From the NCBI GenBank assembly GCA_025060975.1, contig JANZKA010000001.1, forward strand, positions 28,607 to 92,606: 64,000 nucleotides of DNA, in the 5' to 3' direction. Source of the DNA: Candidatus Culexarchaeum nevadense. Lineage in GTDB: Archaea > Thermoproteota > Methanomethylicia > Culexarchaeales > Culexarchaeaceae. Below, one piece after another: positions 10,777 through 21,334 of the stretch. A program made the translations under genes and the position numbers. The notes under the pieces were generated by a model that made no database searches, was not told the DNA's origin, and was given only the letters and a program-made list of their open reading frames with translations. How positions within the stretch are numbered: the stretch's first letter is position 1; the number at the start of each line of letters is the position of its first letter.

Positions 10777-11422
10777 TGCATTTCACCCCTCTCCAATCAA
10801 TTACACTAAATATAAAAGTATGCACATTCAACGGGATTATAAAACGAATAACGTAATGCCCATTCATTAAACTCTTAGAATCTGGATAAAAAGTGAAAGT
10901 ACTCCCATTATAGATGTATGAAACCATGAATGTTGGCGGTTTAAGTAGAGCTTCAGAATCACCGAAAACCTCAACTACCATCTCAACATCATTAAATGTT
11001 GGAACATACGAATTTGAAGTTGTTATATTAACTATTTTAAAGCCTAAACAACAATTATAACTAAACGTATACCTACACCTATATTTGAAATCATATACTT
11101 GTAACGTGACTGAGGCTCCAACATACCCATCTTTTAAAATAACAGTATATGATGACAATTCAACTATTAATGGGTAAACATTCATAATGTCATGTAAATT
11201 TAGATTTAAACGATCAGTGAATTCTCCACCATTAATGCGATGCACCAATGCATCGCATATCAACCTTTTAAATATCAAATTTAAAGCTTGAATATAGCTA
11301 GATGGAACATCAATGTCTATTCTGTAATATGGGGTTAGATAAATTAATTGATAAATTAAGGAGATGTATAATACTGCAAACAGTATTAATATTTGTCCTC
11401 TACACCCAAACTTGCAGAACAA
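10757..11422 (-). CDS. Class III signal peptide (prepilin-like) protein
   Basis: N-terminus MFCKFGCRG|QILILFAVLYISLIYQLIYL. 221 aa. Confidence 0.4.
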   Translation of the reverse strand: MFCKFGCRGQILILFAVLYISLIYQLIYLTPYYRIDIDVPSSYIQALNLIFKRLICDALVHRINGGEFTDRLNLNLHDIMNVYPLIVELSSYTVILKDGYVGASVTLQVYDFKYRCRYTFSYNCCLGFKIVNITTSNSYVPTFNDVEMVVEVFGDSEALLKPPTFMVSYIYNGSTFTFYPDSKSLMNGHYVIRFIIPLNVHTFIFSVIDWRGVKCIGQFKF

Positions 11423-11804
11423 TTATTCTAGTCACCCCCCTCAACTTCAAGACAAATGGTGCACTAACCATGGAATTAAATATCTTGAAATTGGAAATGT
11501 ACGAGAATAATAAGTTATGATTCTCATCATATACTAGTAAGTTGAAGCTCAATTCTTGTGGTATGAGAAGTTTAATGTAATTCACTAATAAATCCCAATC
11601 CCCATTATAGGCGATTACACTTAAATCCCCATTAGAATCAAGTGTGTATAAAATGTTAAATGCTATGGAATGAAGATGGGAATTATCTACGGTATAATCA
11701 TATACTATCATGGGGATTGTTATGGTGGAATACGCTATTATCATCATTGCGATGAGAACTTCAATTATTCTTGAAAAACCACGATAAGCCATATCCACCA
11801 CCAA
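11400..11804 (-). CDS. Type IV pilin-like protein (class III signal peptide)
   Basis: N-terminus MVVDMAYRG|FSRIIEVLIAMMIIAYSTITIPMIVY. 134 aa, a typical pilin size. Confidence 0.5.
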   Translation of the reverse strand: MVVDMAYRGFSRIIEVLIAMMIIAYSTITIPMIVYDYTVDNSHLHSIAFNILYTLDSNGDLSVIAYNGDWDLLVNYIKLLIPQELSFNLLVYDENHNLLFSYISNFKIFNSMVSAPFVLKLRGVTRIIVLQVWV

Positions 11805-11813
11805 TCTACTAAA

Positions 11814-13121
11814 TCATAAATTGTTAAGTCCCGGTAAACCAGAATTACACATGCAAGTACCACTATTCTTAACCCTAATTTTACATAGCAATGAATGGTA
11901 TGCATCAACTTTGAGAAAACTATAAGTAGAATCACCTTCATTTAGAAAGCCTATTGAAACATTCAATTCTGGAATAAAGGCAACGTAAAATACTCCATTA
12001 AATGTGTAGATCATAACGTAAGGAGGACTTACATTTGGCATCGTATTCACATTAATACTCTTATCAAACCAGAGCAACCAAACTTTATCAACATTAAAAC
12101 ATGGTATATATGAGCTATGATGAGACGATGACACAATATTGTTTAACTTCAAAATGAAAGGATGAGTCCATCCACCAAGATAGATATACACATTCCCACT
12201 TGAACTTAGTTTCAGAAAGAATCTCACATTACTTCCATGAAATTCCTTCAGTAGGGGTATGTGGAAGGTAAAACTCTTAACACAACTGGAATTGATTGTG
12301 AAGAAGAAATCGGCTAAAACCATAGAATCACTGCAATTAGATCCACAAATTCCAAAAACCATATGGAGACTTCCAAAACCACTGGCAAAAAATGAGAGCT
12401 CTAAGGAGTCATTGGAAATGCTGATTGAATTTTTAAAAACTCTACTGTAAAACGAGGTTCCATTATCATTAAGTAATATGACTGAAGAGGCTCCAAAAAT
12501 ACTATCAACAATATAGTATCCACCACCAAGATTGGACAAATAGAATTGCGTTGGTCGTGCAATCATGTAACTCATTTGGAAATCTCCATATAAACCGATA
12601 CCAAACAATTGCCCATGCCTAACAAATACAACCACCAATTGAGGCTTGTACTTCAATGAAATACTTCCAAAACCATTATCCAAGTTTATATAGTAATAAT
12701 CGGTTAAGGTTCCATTACTAAATATATAAACGAAGGCTTCTCTACCACAAGATTTCATATTAACGATATCGAGGGATCTTATAATCACAGACTCACCAGT
12801 AAAGTACACTTTAACATCTAGGGATGGTGATATTTGGATGGAGAATACGTGATCTTCCATGTTAATGGTCTTCTTCAAATACTCATAGTCTAAGTAATAG
12901 CCGAAAACTTGTGAGTAAATGGGGGATAAAGCTTGAAGAGTGAATGGATCAATCCTCCCCTCAGGAGCTATTGAGTATAGTAGGCGATTGACTATTACAT
13001 CATTAGAGTATGTTGTAAAATGAAAGTATCTTTGTGCAGTGGAACTCAATATGCTTGCACTAGATGATAATAGTAAGAAGATCATGAATCCAGCGAAAAC
13101 ATATTCTACAACTTCTTCCAT
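11814..13121 (-). CDS. Membrane-anchored secreted protein of the filament locus
   Basis: N-terminal hydrophobic segment FAGFMIFLLLSSSASILS. 435 aa, beta-rich, multiple N-x-S/T sequons. No recognisable catalytic motif. Confidence 0.35.
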   Translation of the reverse strand: MEEVVEYVFAGFMIFLLLSSSASILSSTAQRYFHFTTYSNDVIVNRLLYSIAPEGRIDPFTLQALSPIYSQVFGYYLDYEYLKKTINMEDHVFSIQISPSLDVKVYFTGESVIIRSLDIVNMKSCGREAFVYIFSNGTLTDYYYINLDNGFGSISLKYKPQLVVVFVRHGQLFGIGLYGDFQMSYMIARPTQFYLSNLGGGYYIVDSIFGASSVILLNDNGTSFYSRVFKNSISISNDSLELSFFASGFGSLHMVFGICGSNCSDSMVLADFFFTINSSCVKSFTFHIPLLKEFHGSNVRFFLKLSSSGNVYIYLGGWTHPFILKLNNIVSSSHHSSYIPCFNVDKVWLLWFDKSINVNTMPNVSPPYVMIYTFNGVFYVAFIPELNVSIGFLNEGDSTYSFLKVDAYHSLLCKIRVKNSGTCMCNSGLPGLNNL

Positions 13122-16100
13122 GAATAATCACCATCAATCCACAATCCCTCAAAAACTTCATATCCAAATGCGTAAACAGTAAGCACTATTTTATGAATTC
13201 TCCTTGGAAGAGAGAATGTATAGAATTTTATGGATCCATGAGTTAATGTTATGGTGATGGATGATGAGTAGAAGAGTTCATCAAATTCGTCGTAAAACAT
13301 CACATTCAGTGTACAATTGAAATCCATGAAGCTCGATTTTGAAGTTAAAGTGAAATTAGCAAATCTCCCCTCAACATTAACATATAACAGCACACCAATG
13401 TTTTCATTCCAGCATAAATCGCATAGTTCATCTAGTCTGGAAACCCACGTATTACTAATGTCTCTGCAAAGTAACTTGATTGTAAAGTTTTTGTAAAAGG
13501 GTATTCTGAAAGTCATAGAAGCAACTCCATCTTCATCAGTTTTATAATTAAGTTTGGTGATAACAGTATCATTACAATAAACCATTAACAGCAGCTCTAG
13601 ATGTGCTGGATCACCATTGGAATAATAGAATTTAAAGTTGATATTGAAAGATAAATCTTTTACCAAAAATCTTAGGATATCACATTGTATACGTTTAAAT
13701 GGAATAACAACATATGATAAACTTGAATTCGTAGATCTGATAGTGAATGGGGAGTTAACATAGTATACGAAGAACTTAAGTGAATCATTAAAGTTAATGG
13801 GGGGAGCAATAAACTTTGCGTTTCCAAAATCATCAATTGGAGAACTCCTAAAATATCCATATGTGGAGTTCAAGACAAGTTGAAGAGCCCCCCCTCTAAA
13901 CCTTAAACTCTCATTGTTGAGACTCCAAGTTAAATGGAATAATATTTCATTGCAACTATAATCATTATTTACAATATAATACACTTTTAATCCGTCAACA
14001 TAAAATCTATTTCTACCTACAATACGTCCAGAATCATCTGAAAGTAGGATTTCATAGGATCCTAAGGGGCAATTTATACCATTTAAATAAACTATGAGTT
14101 TACATAACCCATCTTCATCAGTTGATACTGGTATGAGTGAAACGTTAAAATCGCCGAAAACGGCATTTGGAAGAATCAACGTGAGATTCCTCAGAGGCTG
14201 ATATTTAATTATAATCCCCATGGCTTCATATGGTAGAAATCTATACTCTGAATACCAATAGCCATACATCCAGTTGACATAATATAATTCGATGGAAGCA
14301 AGTCGCCTAATTTCAATGGAAAATGTGCACGAATCATTATGTGAACTGGAGAATGCATGTAATTTAAAGTTGAATATTCCAGTTAAATTTGATAATGGAA
14401 TTACACGTAACTCAACGATTTCCACAGGATTTGAATCTGATATGTAAACTGGGTTTCTAGAAAAATTATATCTGAAGAAATCCGAGTAGCTTGCATTACA
14501 TAAAACTTCGAGAGAAACATAACCGCTGAACCCATTAACGGAAGTTAAACTAACATAAAACAGTGCATCTTCACCTTCAAGAATAGATATAAATGTTGGA
14601 TATATGGAAACGTTGAAGTATCGCCCTTGCTTAACTTCCAATTTAAATGGATTACTATAAACTATCAACCCATTATGATCAACACCCTTTACTATCAGAT
14701 CATACACTCCCTCAATAGAAGAAGGAGAAGCATAAATTTCGAGGACTACACTTTTTTCATAGGAATCGATGAACAATGGATTAATGGAAAAATTATATAA
14801 ACAGTTTGGAGGATTACCCTCAACACTTAATGTGATTACACCACTATAACCATTAATTGGAGTTAAAGTTACATTGTAGAGTACACGAGACCCTTTAAAG
14901 ACGCTATTAAAAGTTGGGTTAACGGTAATTGAATATGAGGGAGCCACATAACTTTCAACGTTCAGTAATATCTTTCTACTCTGACCATCGGAACCTACGG
15001 CCAAGATTTCAATGAAGCAATCCCCAATATCATAAGATGTGAAGTCTATGTGAAACTGGAATGGAGGAATACCTCTAGTCTCACCCACCACGTTGTAACT
15101 AAGCCAACTTGGGACAGATCCTATTGTAACCTGCACAGGGAGTTCATAGCCATATAGATCGCCAACATATACGTCAATCCCCCTTGCAGAACCCAATGGT
15201 ATTCGAATACAATTATAGGAGGAACTTAAGGAGAAGGATGGTATTGTTAAATTAAAATCCTTTGAAGAAGGAAGATAGCTACTATCCCCTTCAAAAACAA
15301 TTCTTAAAATTCTCTTACCAAATTGTATATCACTTGGGATAACATATAAAAACGTAAAGGAGCCATCAGAATCGGTATGATTCGATGATATATACATGGA
15401 ATCCATATACAAATCGATTTTCGCATTCGAAATACCGTTACCGCGACTATTTATCAAGCGTCCACTTAAATATATTAGGTCTCCAATATACCCTTTAGAT
15501 GCACTTATAGAGCCAACAATGTATGAGTTCTCAAAATAGCCTATAGACAATGTTATTCGTAAACCATAACTCCCACTATAGAAGTCTGCAAAGGAATATG
15601 CGTAATCCTCTAAAGCTCCAGTAGCTATACTTCTAACAACCATTATAACTGAGAAGTCAAGCCTATCACCACTAAAAACATTTAAATCCAGATCTTGATA
15701 AACAGAAACATATTGATCACTAAAAACATATTGATCTTCACCTGAATAATAGAGGGTAAGAGTTTTTGAAGCCAAAGTAACTCTATAATTCATGAAGTCC
15801 ACATAAACCTCAATGCTAGCTTCAGCTGAAAATGTATTAGGGAGACATATGGATTTAACGTATAGTTTACCCATAAGTGTATATTTAATCGATAACTTCT
15901 TGATAACACCACTAAATGGTGAAATAAGGTAACCTTTAAAGGTGAGGGTTAAATCAGCTTCATTCAATAAGGATCCTATATTCTTCGTGGCAGAACATAT
16001 AGCTTTAAGTAAACCTCGATTCTTATCATAACTATAAGTGAAACTTCCAGTACCACAAGTATAGTAGAAAGGTTGAAATTCATTGAATGGTGGAGCAAGG

Positions 16101-16234
16101 GGGTAATATAGGATGCAATTAGAGTTTGGGAGCAAAAGTAACAATAATAGTGAAATCATTAATGGTAGGAGTAGCATCCTTCTTCTTACCATAACCTTGC
16201 ACCACCATAAATTCCAAGGATGCAAATGTAGCAA
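13106..16234 (-). CDS. Large secreted multi-domain surface protein (carboxypeptidase-regulatory-like / Ig-like repeats), putative adhesin
   Basis: 1042 aa. Signal-like segment RRRMLLLPLMISLLLLLLLP; the probable true start is the internal Met near 16192. Motifs GRLINSRGNGISNAKIDLY...TDSDGSFTF and KTDEDGVASMTF resemble prealbumin-like CarboxypepD_reg folds. Internally repeated ~80-aa units (NGYSGVITLSVEGNPP...FSINP / NGFSGYVSLEVL...FSRNP). About 20 N-x-S/T sequons. Confidence 0.5.
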   Translation of the reverse strand: MLHLHPWNLWWCKVMVRRRMLLLPLMISLLLLLLLPNSNCILYYPLAPPFNEFQPFYYTCGTGSFTYSYDKNRGLLKAICSATKNIGSLLNEADLTLTFKGYLISPFSGVIKKLSIKYTLMGKLYVKSICLPNTFSAEASIEVYVDFMNYRVTLASKTLTLYYSGEDQYVFSDQYVSVYQDLDLNVFSGDRLDFSVIMVVRSIATGALEDYAYSFADFYSGSYGLRITLSIGYFENSYIVGSISASKGYIGDLIYLSGRLINSRGNGISNAKIDLYMDSMYISSNHTDSDGSFTFLYVIPSDIQFGKRILRIVFEGDSSYLPSSKDFNLTIPSFSLSSSYNCIRIPLGSARGIDVYVGDLYGYELPVQVTIGSVPSWLSYNVVGETRGIPPFQFHIDFTSYDIGDCFIEILAVGSDGQSRKILLNVESYVAPSYSITVNPTFNSVFKGSRVLYNVTLTPINGYSGVITLSVEGNPPNCLYNFSINPLFIDSYEKSVVLEIYASPSSIEGVYDLIVKGVDHNGLIVYSNPFKLEVKQGRYFNVSIYPTFISILEGEDALFYVSLTSVNGFSGYVSLEVLCNASYSDFFRYNFSRNPVYISDSNPVEIVELRVIPLSNLTGIFNFKLHAFSSSHNDSCTFSIEIRRLASIELYYVNWMYGYWYSEYRFLPYEAMGIIIKYQPLRNLTLILPNAVFGDFNVSLIPVSTDEDGLCKLIVYLNGINCPLGSYEILLSDDSGRIVGRNRFYVDGLKVYYIVNNDYSCNEILFHLTWSLNNESLRFRGGALQLVLNSTYGYFRSSPIDDFGNAKFIAPPINFNDSLKFFVYYVNSPFTIRSTNSSLSYVVIPFKRIQCDILRFLVKDLSFNINFKFYYSNGDPAHLELLLMVYCNDTVITKLNYKTDEDGVASMTFRIPFYKNFTIKLLCRDISNTWVSRLDELCDLCWNENIGVLLYVNVEGRFANFTLTSKSSFMDFNCTLNVMFYDEFDELFYSSSITITLTHGSIKFYTFSLPRRIHKIVLTVYAFGYEVFEGLWIDGDYSWKKL

Positions 16235-17874
16235 GATACCAATGCATGCTTAAAACCTGCAAAGATAGTTCCACCAGAAATTTTCCCTACAAGTATGCCT
16301 ATGAAGAATGAAGTTAAAATTATCATAGAATTTATGGTTGAATTTAACTCAATAATCACACTTTTATCAACATTGAAGAAGATAATCTGACTCGGAATAG
16401 AATATCCAAATTCAAAAAAGCTAAGGAACCCAATTAACTGGTAAGAGACAAATATGAGCATGAGTGAAGAGAAGTATCCCACCAAAATATAGAGTTTCAA
16501 TTCATTTTCAACTCTACGCTTAAATTCATTGTACTCCCAACAGAACTTTGAAAGATGTGAGAAAATTTCAGATCTTCCACCACCAGTAGATACAGCTTCC
16601 CCAAAAAGCCAAAATATCCTCTTGGCAAACCATGAATTAACCCTAGAAATAATATCATTGAATATATCTGATATAGACTTCATGGATGACGTCAAGGAAA
16701 GGTTTATACTACGAATAATATCATCTAAAGCTTTACCATAAGATCTGCTAGAGGCAAGTATTAAAGCATTCTCGACACTTAAACCAACCTTAATATAATC
16801 GGATATATCCCTAATGAATTTTGAAAGACCAGAATCTATGACTCTACATTTAATAACATTGTATTCGTGAAAAATACTTAAAGGAGCCAATAAAACCGTA
16901 GAAGAAATTGTGAAAAGAAGTGGAAAGCTCACACCTAAATTCAAGAGTATAAGTAACGTTATGAAGAAAGAAGGGATCGAGAAGAGCAATACCCGCTTAT
17001 AATTACTAAACCTAAATGGAAATTTCAATTGACTGTAATCGATTATAATGAAGATGGAAAATGCTATTAGTGGAGTGAAAATAAAAGCATAAAGTTTTAG
17101 GAATAACAATGCATTTAATGGATTCATAATCATAAATATGCCAATTAAGCCGAGTGGGAGAAATAGGAATAGTGTTACTATGAGATCGCCAAATACGTTC
17201 ACATCACTAGCGAAATTCTTAAGCTTATTTGAAAACCGCTCACCCAATTTAAGCGTGTAATCCATTAAAGAAGAAGATGGATAACCACCACTCTCAACAG
17301 ACCTAATATATGAATCAAGATAATCCCTGAAATCTTTACATGGATGATTGTAAGCTAAGAACTTAATTGATTGCATGGGATCTTTACTAAAAAACTTATA
17401 ATCAGTAAAGAAGACTTCACTTTCAAACTTAAACCATGGAAAAACGTTTTGTGAAGATAATCTTTCAAACCCTCTAAATAGAGGCACATGAGATAAACTC
17501 AACATACTAAAATAAGTTGATATGAAAGGAAGTTCGGATTCAACACCACTAACACGTAAGGATATTCTAACCCTAGGATAAAAATGAAAAACTAAAAATA
17601 CGAATAATGCACATAAAGGTGGCAATACAAGGAAGAGAAATGAAGAAAACAAAATCAGAAGAAGAATAGATGCAATTGTGGATGCTGGTAAAACTATGAG
17701 TAAAAGGTAGAATAGGAAAATCGAACAGTACCCTTGAGGACTTATCTTTAAACCAGAACGAACTATAATTTCACTTAAATTAAGCTTATGAGAAATAGTA
17801 TTTGCAAAATTACCAAAAAGTCTATATGCTATAGAAATTGGAAAAACTTGAACACTCTTACCTTTCCAAAGCAA
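16186..17874 (-). CDS. FlaJ/TadC/PilC-type polytopic membrane platform protein of a type IV filament system
   Basis: 562 aa. Two hydrophobic blocks, each followed by a cytoplasmic helical domain (a duplicated T2SS-F-like organisation). Immediately downstream of, and overlapping, the secretion ATPase gene. Confidence 0.7.
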   Translation of the reverse strand: MLWKGKSVQVFPISIAYRLFGNFANTISHKLNLSEIIVRSGLKISPQGYCSIFLFYLLLIVLPASTIASILLLILFSSFLFLVLPPLCALFVFLVFHFYPRVRISLRVSGVESELPFISTYFSMLSLSHVPLFRGFERLSSQNVFPWFKFESEVFFTDYKFFSKDPMQSIKFLAYNHPCKDFRDYLDSYIRSVESGGYPSSSLMDYTLKLGERFSNKLKNFASDVNVFGDLIVTLFLFLPLGLIGIFMIMNPLNALLFLKLYAFIFTPLIAFSIFIIIDYSQLKFPFRFSNYKRVLLFSIPSFFITLLILLNLGVSFPLLFTISSTVLLAPLSIFHEYNVIKCRVIDSGLSKFIRDISDYIKVGLSVENALILASSRSYGKALDDIIRSINLSLTSSMKSISDIFNDIISRVNSWFAKRIFWLFGEAVSTGGGRSEIFSHLSKFCWEYNEFKRRVENELKLYILVGYFSSLMLIFVSYQLIGFLSFFEFGYSIPSQIIFFNVDKSVIIELNSTINSMIILTSFFIGILVGKISGGTIFAGFKHALVSCYICILGIYGGARLW

Positions 17875-19441
17875 TCCTAATCACCTCAGACCCCCTTGAA
17901 TAATAGAAAAGTTTAAGATGATCGATGAAATCATCATATTCACGTATACCATGAGCATGTAGATCTTCCAGAAACTGCAACCTAATTTTCAACTCATGTG
18001 AAATATCATTTATCGAAACCCCCTTCTCCTCAGCGATCTGTCTTAGAAGGAAACTTGAAGATAATAGTGAATCAACAGTGGACGGCGCAAAGATATCTCG
18101 GGATGGAACCCACTTGAAAACCTCAATATAATCGTCGGCTGATTTTATCTCATAAATACCAATAACCCTCCTCTTAACACTTCTTGCACCCTCAATCTTC
18201 TTCAATACGATGGCACAATTCATTAGTGGAATATATATTGGGGATACATTCATGGGCGGCGAAGATAAGCGCTTAATAGCGGAAATTATAGAATCAGCAT
18301 GCATCGTACACATACATCCATGCCCTGTAGCTGCAGCTTGAAATAACACATAAGCTTCTTCGCCACGAATTTCTCCAACCACAATATAGTCAGGTCTCTT
18401 ACGCATAGCTACCTTAACTAAATCGAATAGAGTAATCTCAAACTGCTTATCATCCATAAAGTATGCATGCCTAGCTACAAGTGGCTCCCAACCTTTAACT
18501 GGAATTTTAAGCTCAGGAACATCTTCAATGGAATCAACAGACCAATTTGGTTTAAACAATGCACTTAAAGCGGAAAGTAAAGTTGTCTTACCACTCGCAG
18601 TACCTCCAAGTACAAATATGTTCTTTCTATTTTCAATCAACAACCACAAATAGCAAGTCATGAGAGGACTTAAAGTTGAAAAATCATACGTTAAATGCAT
18701 AACGGTATAAGGTTTCTCTCTAAACTTCCTAATACAAATATTAGTGGATTTAGCACTAACTTCTCTCCCATAGCATATTGAAACTCTATGCTTATCAGGT
18801 AATATGGCATCAACTATTGGAAATGCTATTGAGACATGTTTACCACACATATGTGCAAGCTTAGAAGCCAGCGAATTTAATTCATATTCGTTTAAAACAA
18901 TGTTCGTTGTAAGCCAATCCAGATGCCCAAACCTCCTATGCCAAACCATAAATGGGATATTGGGACCTACACACTTAATATCCTCAATTTCCGAATCTTG
19001 AATTAACGGTTCAATATAACCATAACCCAAATCTCTAGCTATATAATATGCAACACGATTCAAACTCAATTCATAAAGATTTTTAAACCCATAATTCTCA
19101 GCCACCCTAAATATTTGCTCATGTATATAATTGAATAAATTAGTACCAGCCTCCAAAGCGGGAGGTATCTTTAATTCAAATCGCAATATCTTAGATAATT
19201 CCCTGTAAACTTTTAATTCCAGATCCATAAGCTCAGGTTCAAATACAATATATAATCCTTCACCATCATCATCTGCAATAACCACATTAACTTGATCATT
19301 ACAAACTTTATATGATGCAAGTATAGTTGCATTTATGGGAACTTTTGATCTAAAAATCTTAAAATCCATAGGATTCTCCAAATACGAAGACCCACGTTTG
19401 AAAAAACGTTTTAAGAACATTATTCGCGCATCCCCTCTCAT
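17858..19441 (-). CDS. Type II/IV secretion system ATPase (FlaI/VirB11/TadA family)
   Basis: Walker A VLGGTASGKTTLLSAL, Walker B/Asp box DYIVVGEIRGEEA, His box TGHGCMCTMHA. 527 aa with an N-terminal domain, as in FlaI. Confidence 0.85.
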   Translation of the reverse strand: MRGDARIMFLKRFFKRGSSYLENPMDFKIFRSKVPINATILASYKVCNDQVNVVIADDDGEGLYIVFEPELMDLELKVYRELSKILRFELKIPPALEAGTNLFNYIHEQIFRVAENYGFKNLYELSLNRVAYYIARDLGYGYIEPLIQDSEIEDIKCVGPNIPFMVWHRRFGHLDWLTTNIVLNEYELNSLASKLAHMCGKHVSIAFPIVDAILPDKHRVSICYGREVSAKSTNICIRKFREKPYTVMHLTYDFSTLSPLMTCYLWLLIENRKNIFVLGGTASGKTTLLSALSALFKPNWSVDSIEDVPELKIPVKGWEPLVARHAYFMDDKQFEITLFDLVKVAMRKRPDYIVVGEIRGEEAYVLFQAAATGHGCMCTMHADSIISAIKRLSSPPMNVSPIYIPLMNCAIVLKKIEGARSVKRRVIGIYEIKSADDYIEVFKWVPSRDIFAPSTVDSLLSSSFLLRQIAEEKGVSINDISHELKIRLQFLEDLHAHGIREYDDFIDHLKLFYYSRGSEVIRIALER

Positions 19442-19464
19442 CCAAAATTAGAGGGATAAACAAC

Positions 19465-19474
19465 ATATTTAAAA
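19465..19474 (-). promoter_or_regulatory. Putative BRE/TATA box for the filament-locus ATPase operon (leaderless transcript)
   Basis: The minus strand reads TTTTAAATAT, centred about 28 nt upstream of the ATG at 19441. Confidence 0.3.
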
Positions 19475-19552
19475 CCAAGATTTCATGCAACATAAACACT
19501 GGATTCTACAACAGCATTTTAATACCAAAAAATATAGCAAAAAGGTGAAAGT

Positions 19553-20554
19553 ATGTTCAAATCCAGTACAAAAGAATTATCAGAAAAGATCGATTGGATG
19601 ATGCAAATACTCAATGAGATAAATGTGAAAATAAATGATAACTCTAGCAGGATAATGAAACTTGAAGCAGAATTAAGAGGTATTCAATTAGATGAAATTG
19701 GTGAAAACATAAAAGCCATTAATGAAGGACTCTACAAAGTCAAAGAAGCAATGAATGAAGCTGGAAAAATGAGAGAGATAATATCTGCATTTAAAAACCT
19801 AAATGTGAAAGGAGAGTTTAAGGAGAATATAGATGAATTAAAGAAGAGCATTGAAGAAGTCATGCAGCAATTGCTACAAATAAAAAGCGAAGTATACTCA
19901 AACATAAAAGCATTAACAGACAAAATAAACAATATACAAACAATACATCAGGAAATCATGAAAAACATTATGAGTATAAAAGATTTAGAAGTAAACGCAT
20001 TAAAAAACATATCCACAATAACCATCATGCAAAAAGAAATAGGAGAAATGGAGGAAAATGTAAGGAAACTATTGGAGCACTACAAGGAAATTATAGATAA
20101 AACAGCATCAACAAAAATTGAATTAAACAAATTAATGAATGATATAGAAAGAAGAGATGAAGAAAGCAAAAGGAAATTGGAAGAAGTAACTATATACGAG
20201 GAAAAAATTAAGAAAAAAGAAGAAGAACTAATTGAAAGAGAGAAACTACTCACACAACTAATAAACGCATTAATTGAAAAAATAAAGGAATATGAAGAGA
20301 TAATGAAACTAACAAACTCAAGAATAACATACTTAAAAATTTTAGAAGAGAAAGGAAGAGAAATTGAAGGGAAAATTAAAGAATTAAAAGAGGAGAAAGA
20401 AAGATTGGAGAAAGAGGTCAATATTTTAATAAGAAGAAGAGATAACCTCGAAGAAGAGATATGCAAATTAAATGATATGAAAACTTGCATGGAGAAGAAT
20501 CTTAAAAGCATAATGGTGACAATGAAAGTTGAGCAATCCAGAACTAACATATAA
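19553..20554 (+). CDS. Coiled-coil protein (E/K-rich, no TM), divergent from the filament operon
   Basis: 333 aa, heptad-like E/K/L/I-rich sequence throughout. GGTGA Shine-Dalgarno-like motif 5 nt upstream of the ATG. Confidence 0.4.
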   Translation: MFKSSTKELSEKIDWMMQILNEINVKINDNSSRIMKLEAELRGIQLDEIGENIKAINEGLYKVKEAMNEAGKMREIISAFKNLNVKGEFKENIDELKKSIEEVMQQLLQIKSEVYSNIKALTDKINNIQTIHQEIMKNIMSIKDLEVNALKNISTITIMQKEIGEMEENVRKLLEHYKEIIDKTASTKIELNKLMNDIERRDEESKRKLEEVTIYEEKIKKKEEELIEREKLLTQLINALIEKIKEYEEIMKLTNSRITYLKILEEKGREIEGKIKELKEEKERLEKEVNILIRRRDNLEEEICKLNDMKTCMEKNLKSIMVTMKVEQSRTNI

Positions 20555-21254
20555 AATTATAAATCACTTGAAGGAAGAGTTATCAAGGGAAATTACGAGG
20601 GGAAGGTTAACATTCACTCCTAAAAGGATAAGCGTAAATATAGGTGAGAGAGGGAATATAAGGAAAATAAACGCTATTCTAAAGATGCTAGAAAGAGAGG
20701 GAGTAATAAAGTTCGATAAAAGAATGAAACGTTACTACATAGACGACGAAAATGCAAAGAAAATTGAAGATTACCTTATGAAAATTGAAGGAGCACTACT
20801 ATTAGAATACCATAAACCCTTAAGCAGCATAGAACCACCCATAAATGTATATAGAATAATTAAGGGGGAAAAGCAAAAGATAGCACAAGCAAAAAGGAAG
20901 AGTATAATGAAACCAATATACTATGTAAATTCCCCTGAGAAATACACGATAATATTCAGGACATATAAGATGCCAGGATTCACAATAAATAAAGGTGATG
21001 AAAAAATTTTCGAAGCATATAAACTAGGGTTCATGAAACCAATAAAAGCAATGTACAATGGAAAAGAAATGCTGATAAGAAGGAAATGGGGTAGAGAGAT
21101 CATAATAATAAGGGAAAATGAGAAAGAAATCGCTAAAATGAGGGGGTATGGAATTGAAAAAGCCATATTTACATATGAAGAAGCGTTAAGTGAAATTAGT
21201 ATACCAATATCAGTAGCATTATTTGCAATAAAACAATTTGATGTAATACTTTAA
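20529..21254 (+). CDS. Hypothetical protein with an N-terminal winged-helix-like segment
   Basis: 241 aa, basic. N-terminal RISVNIGERGNIRKINAILKMLEREGVIKF resembles a wHTH. Overlaps the upstream coiled-coil gene by 26 nt. Confidence 0.35.
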   Translation: MSNPELTYKIINHLKEELSREITRGRLTFTPKRISVNIGERGNIRKINAILKMLEREGVIKFDKRMKRYYIDDENAKKIEDYLMKIEGALLLEYHKPLSSIEPPINVYRIIKGEKQKIAQAKRKSIMKPIYYVNSPEKYTIIFRTYKMPGFTINKGDEKIFEAYKLGFMKPIKAMYNGKEMLIRRKWGREIIIIRENEKEIAKMRGYGIEKAIFTYEEALSEISIPISVALFAIKQFDVIL

Positions 21255-21334
21255 AATAAAAATATATGAAGATTAACTTAACATATGAGACTCCAATAAT
21301 TTATATTCACATAACCCATAAGATGAGGGGTTAA

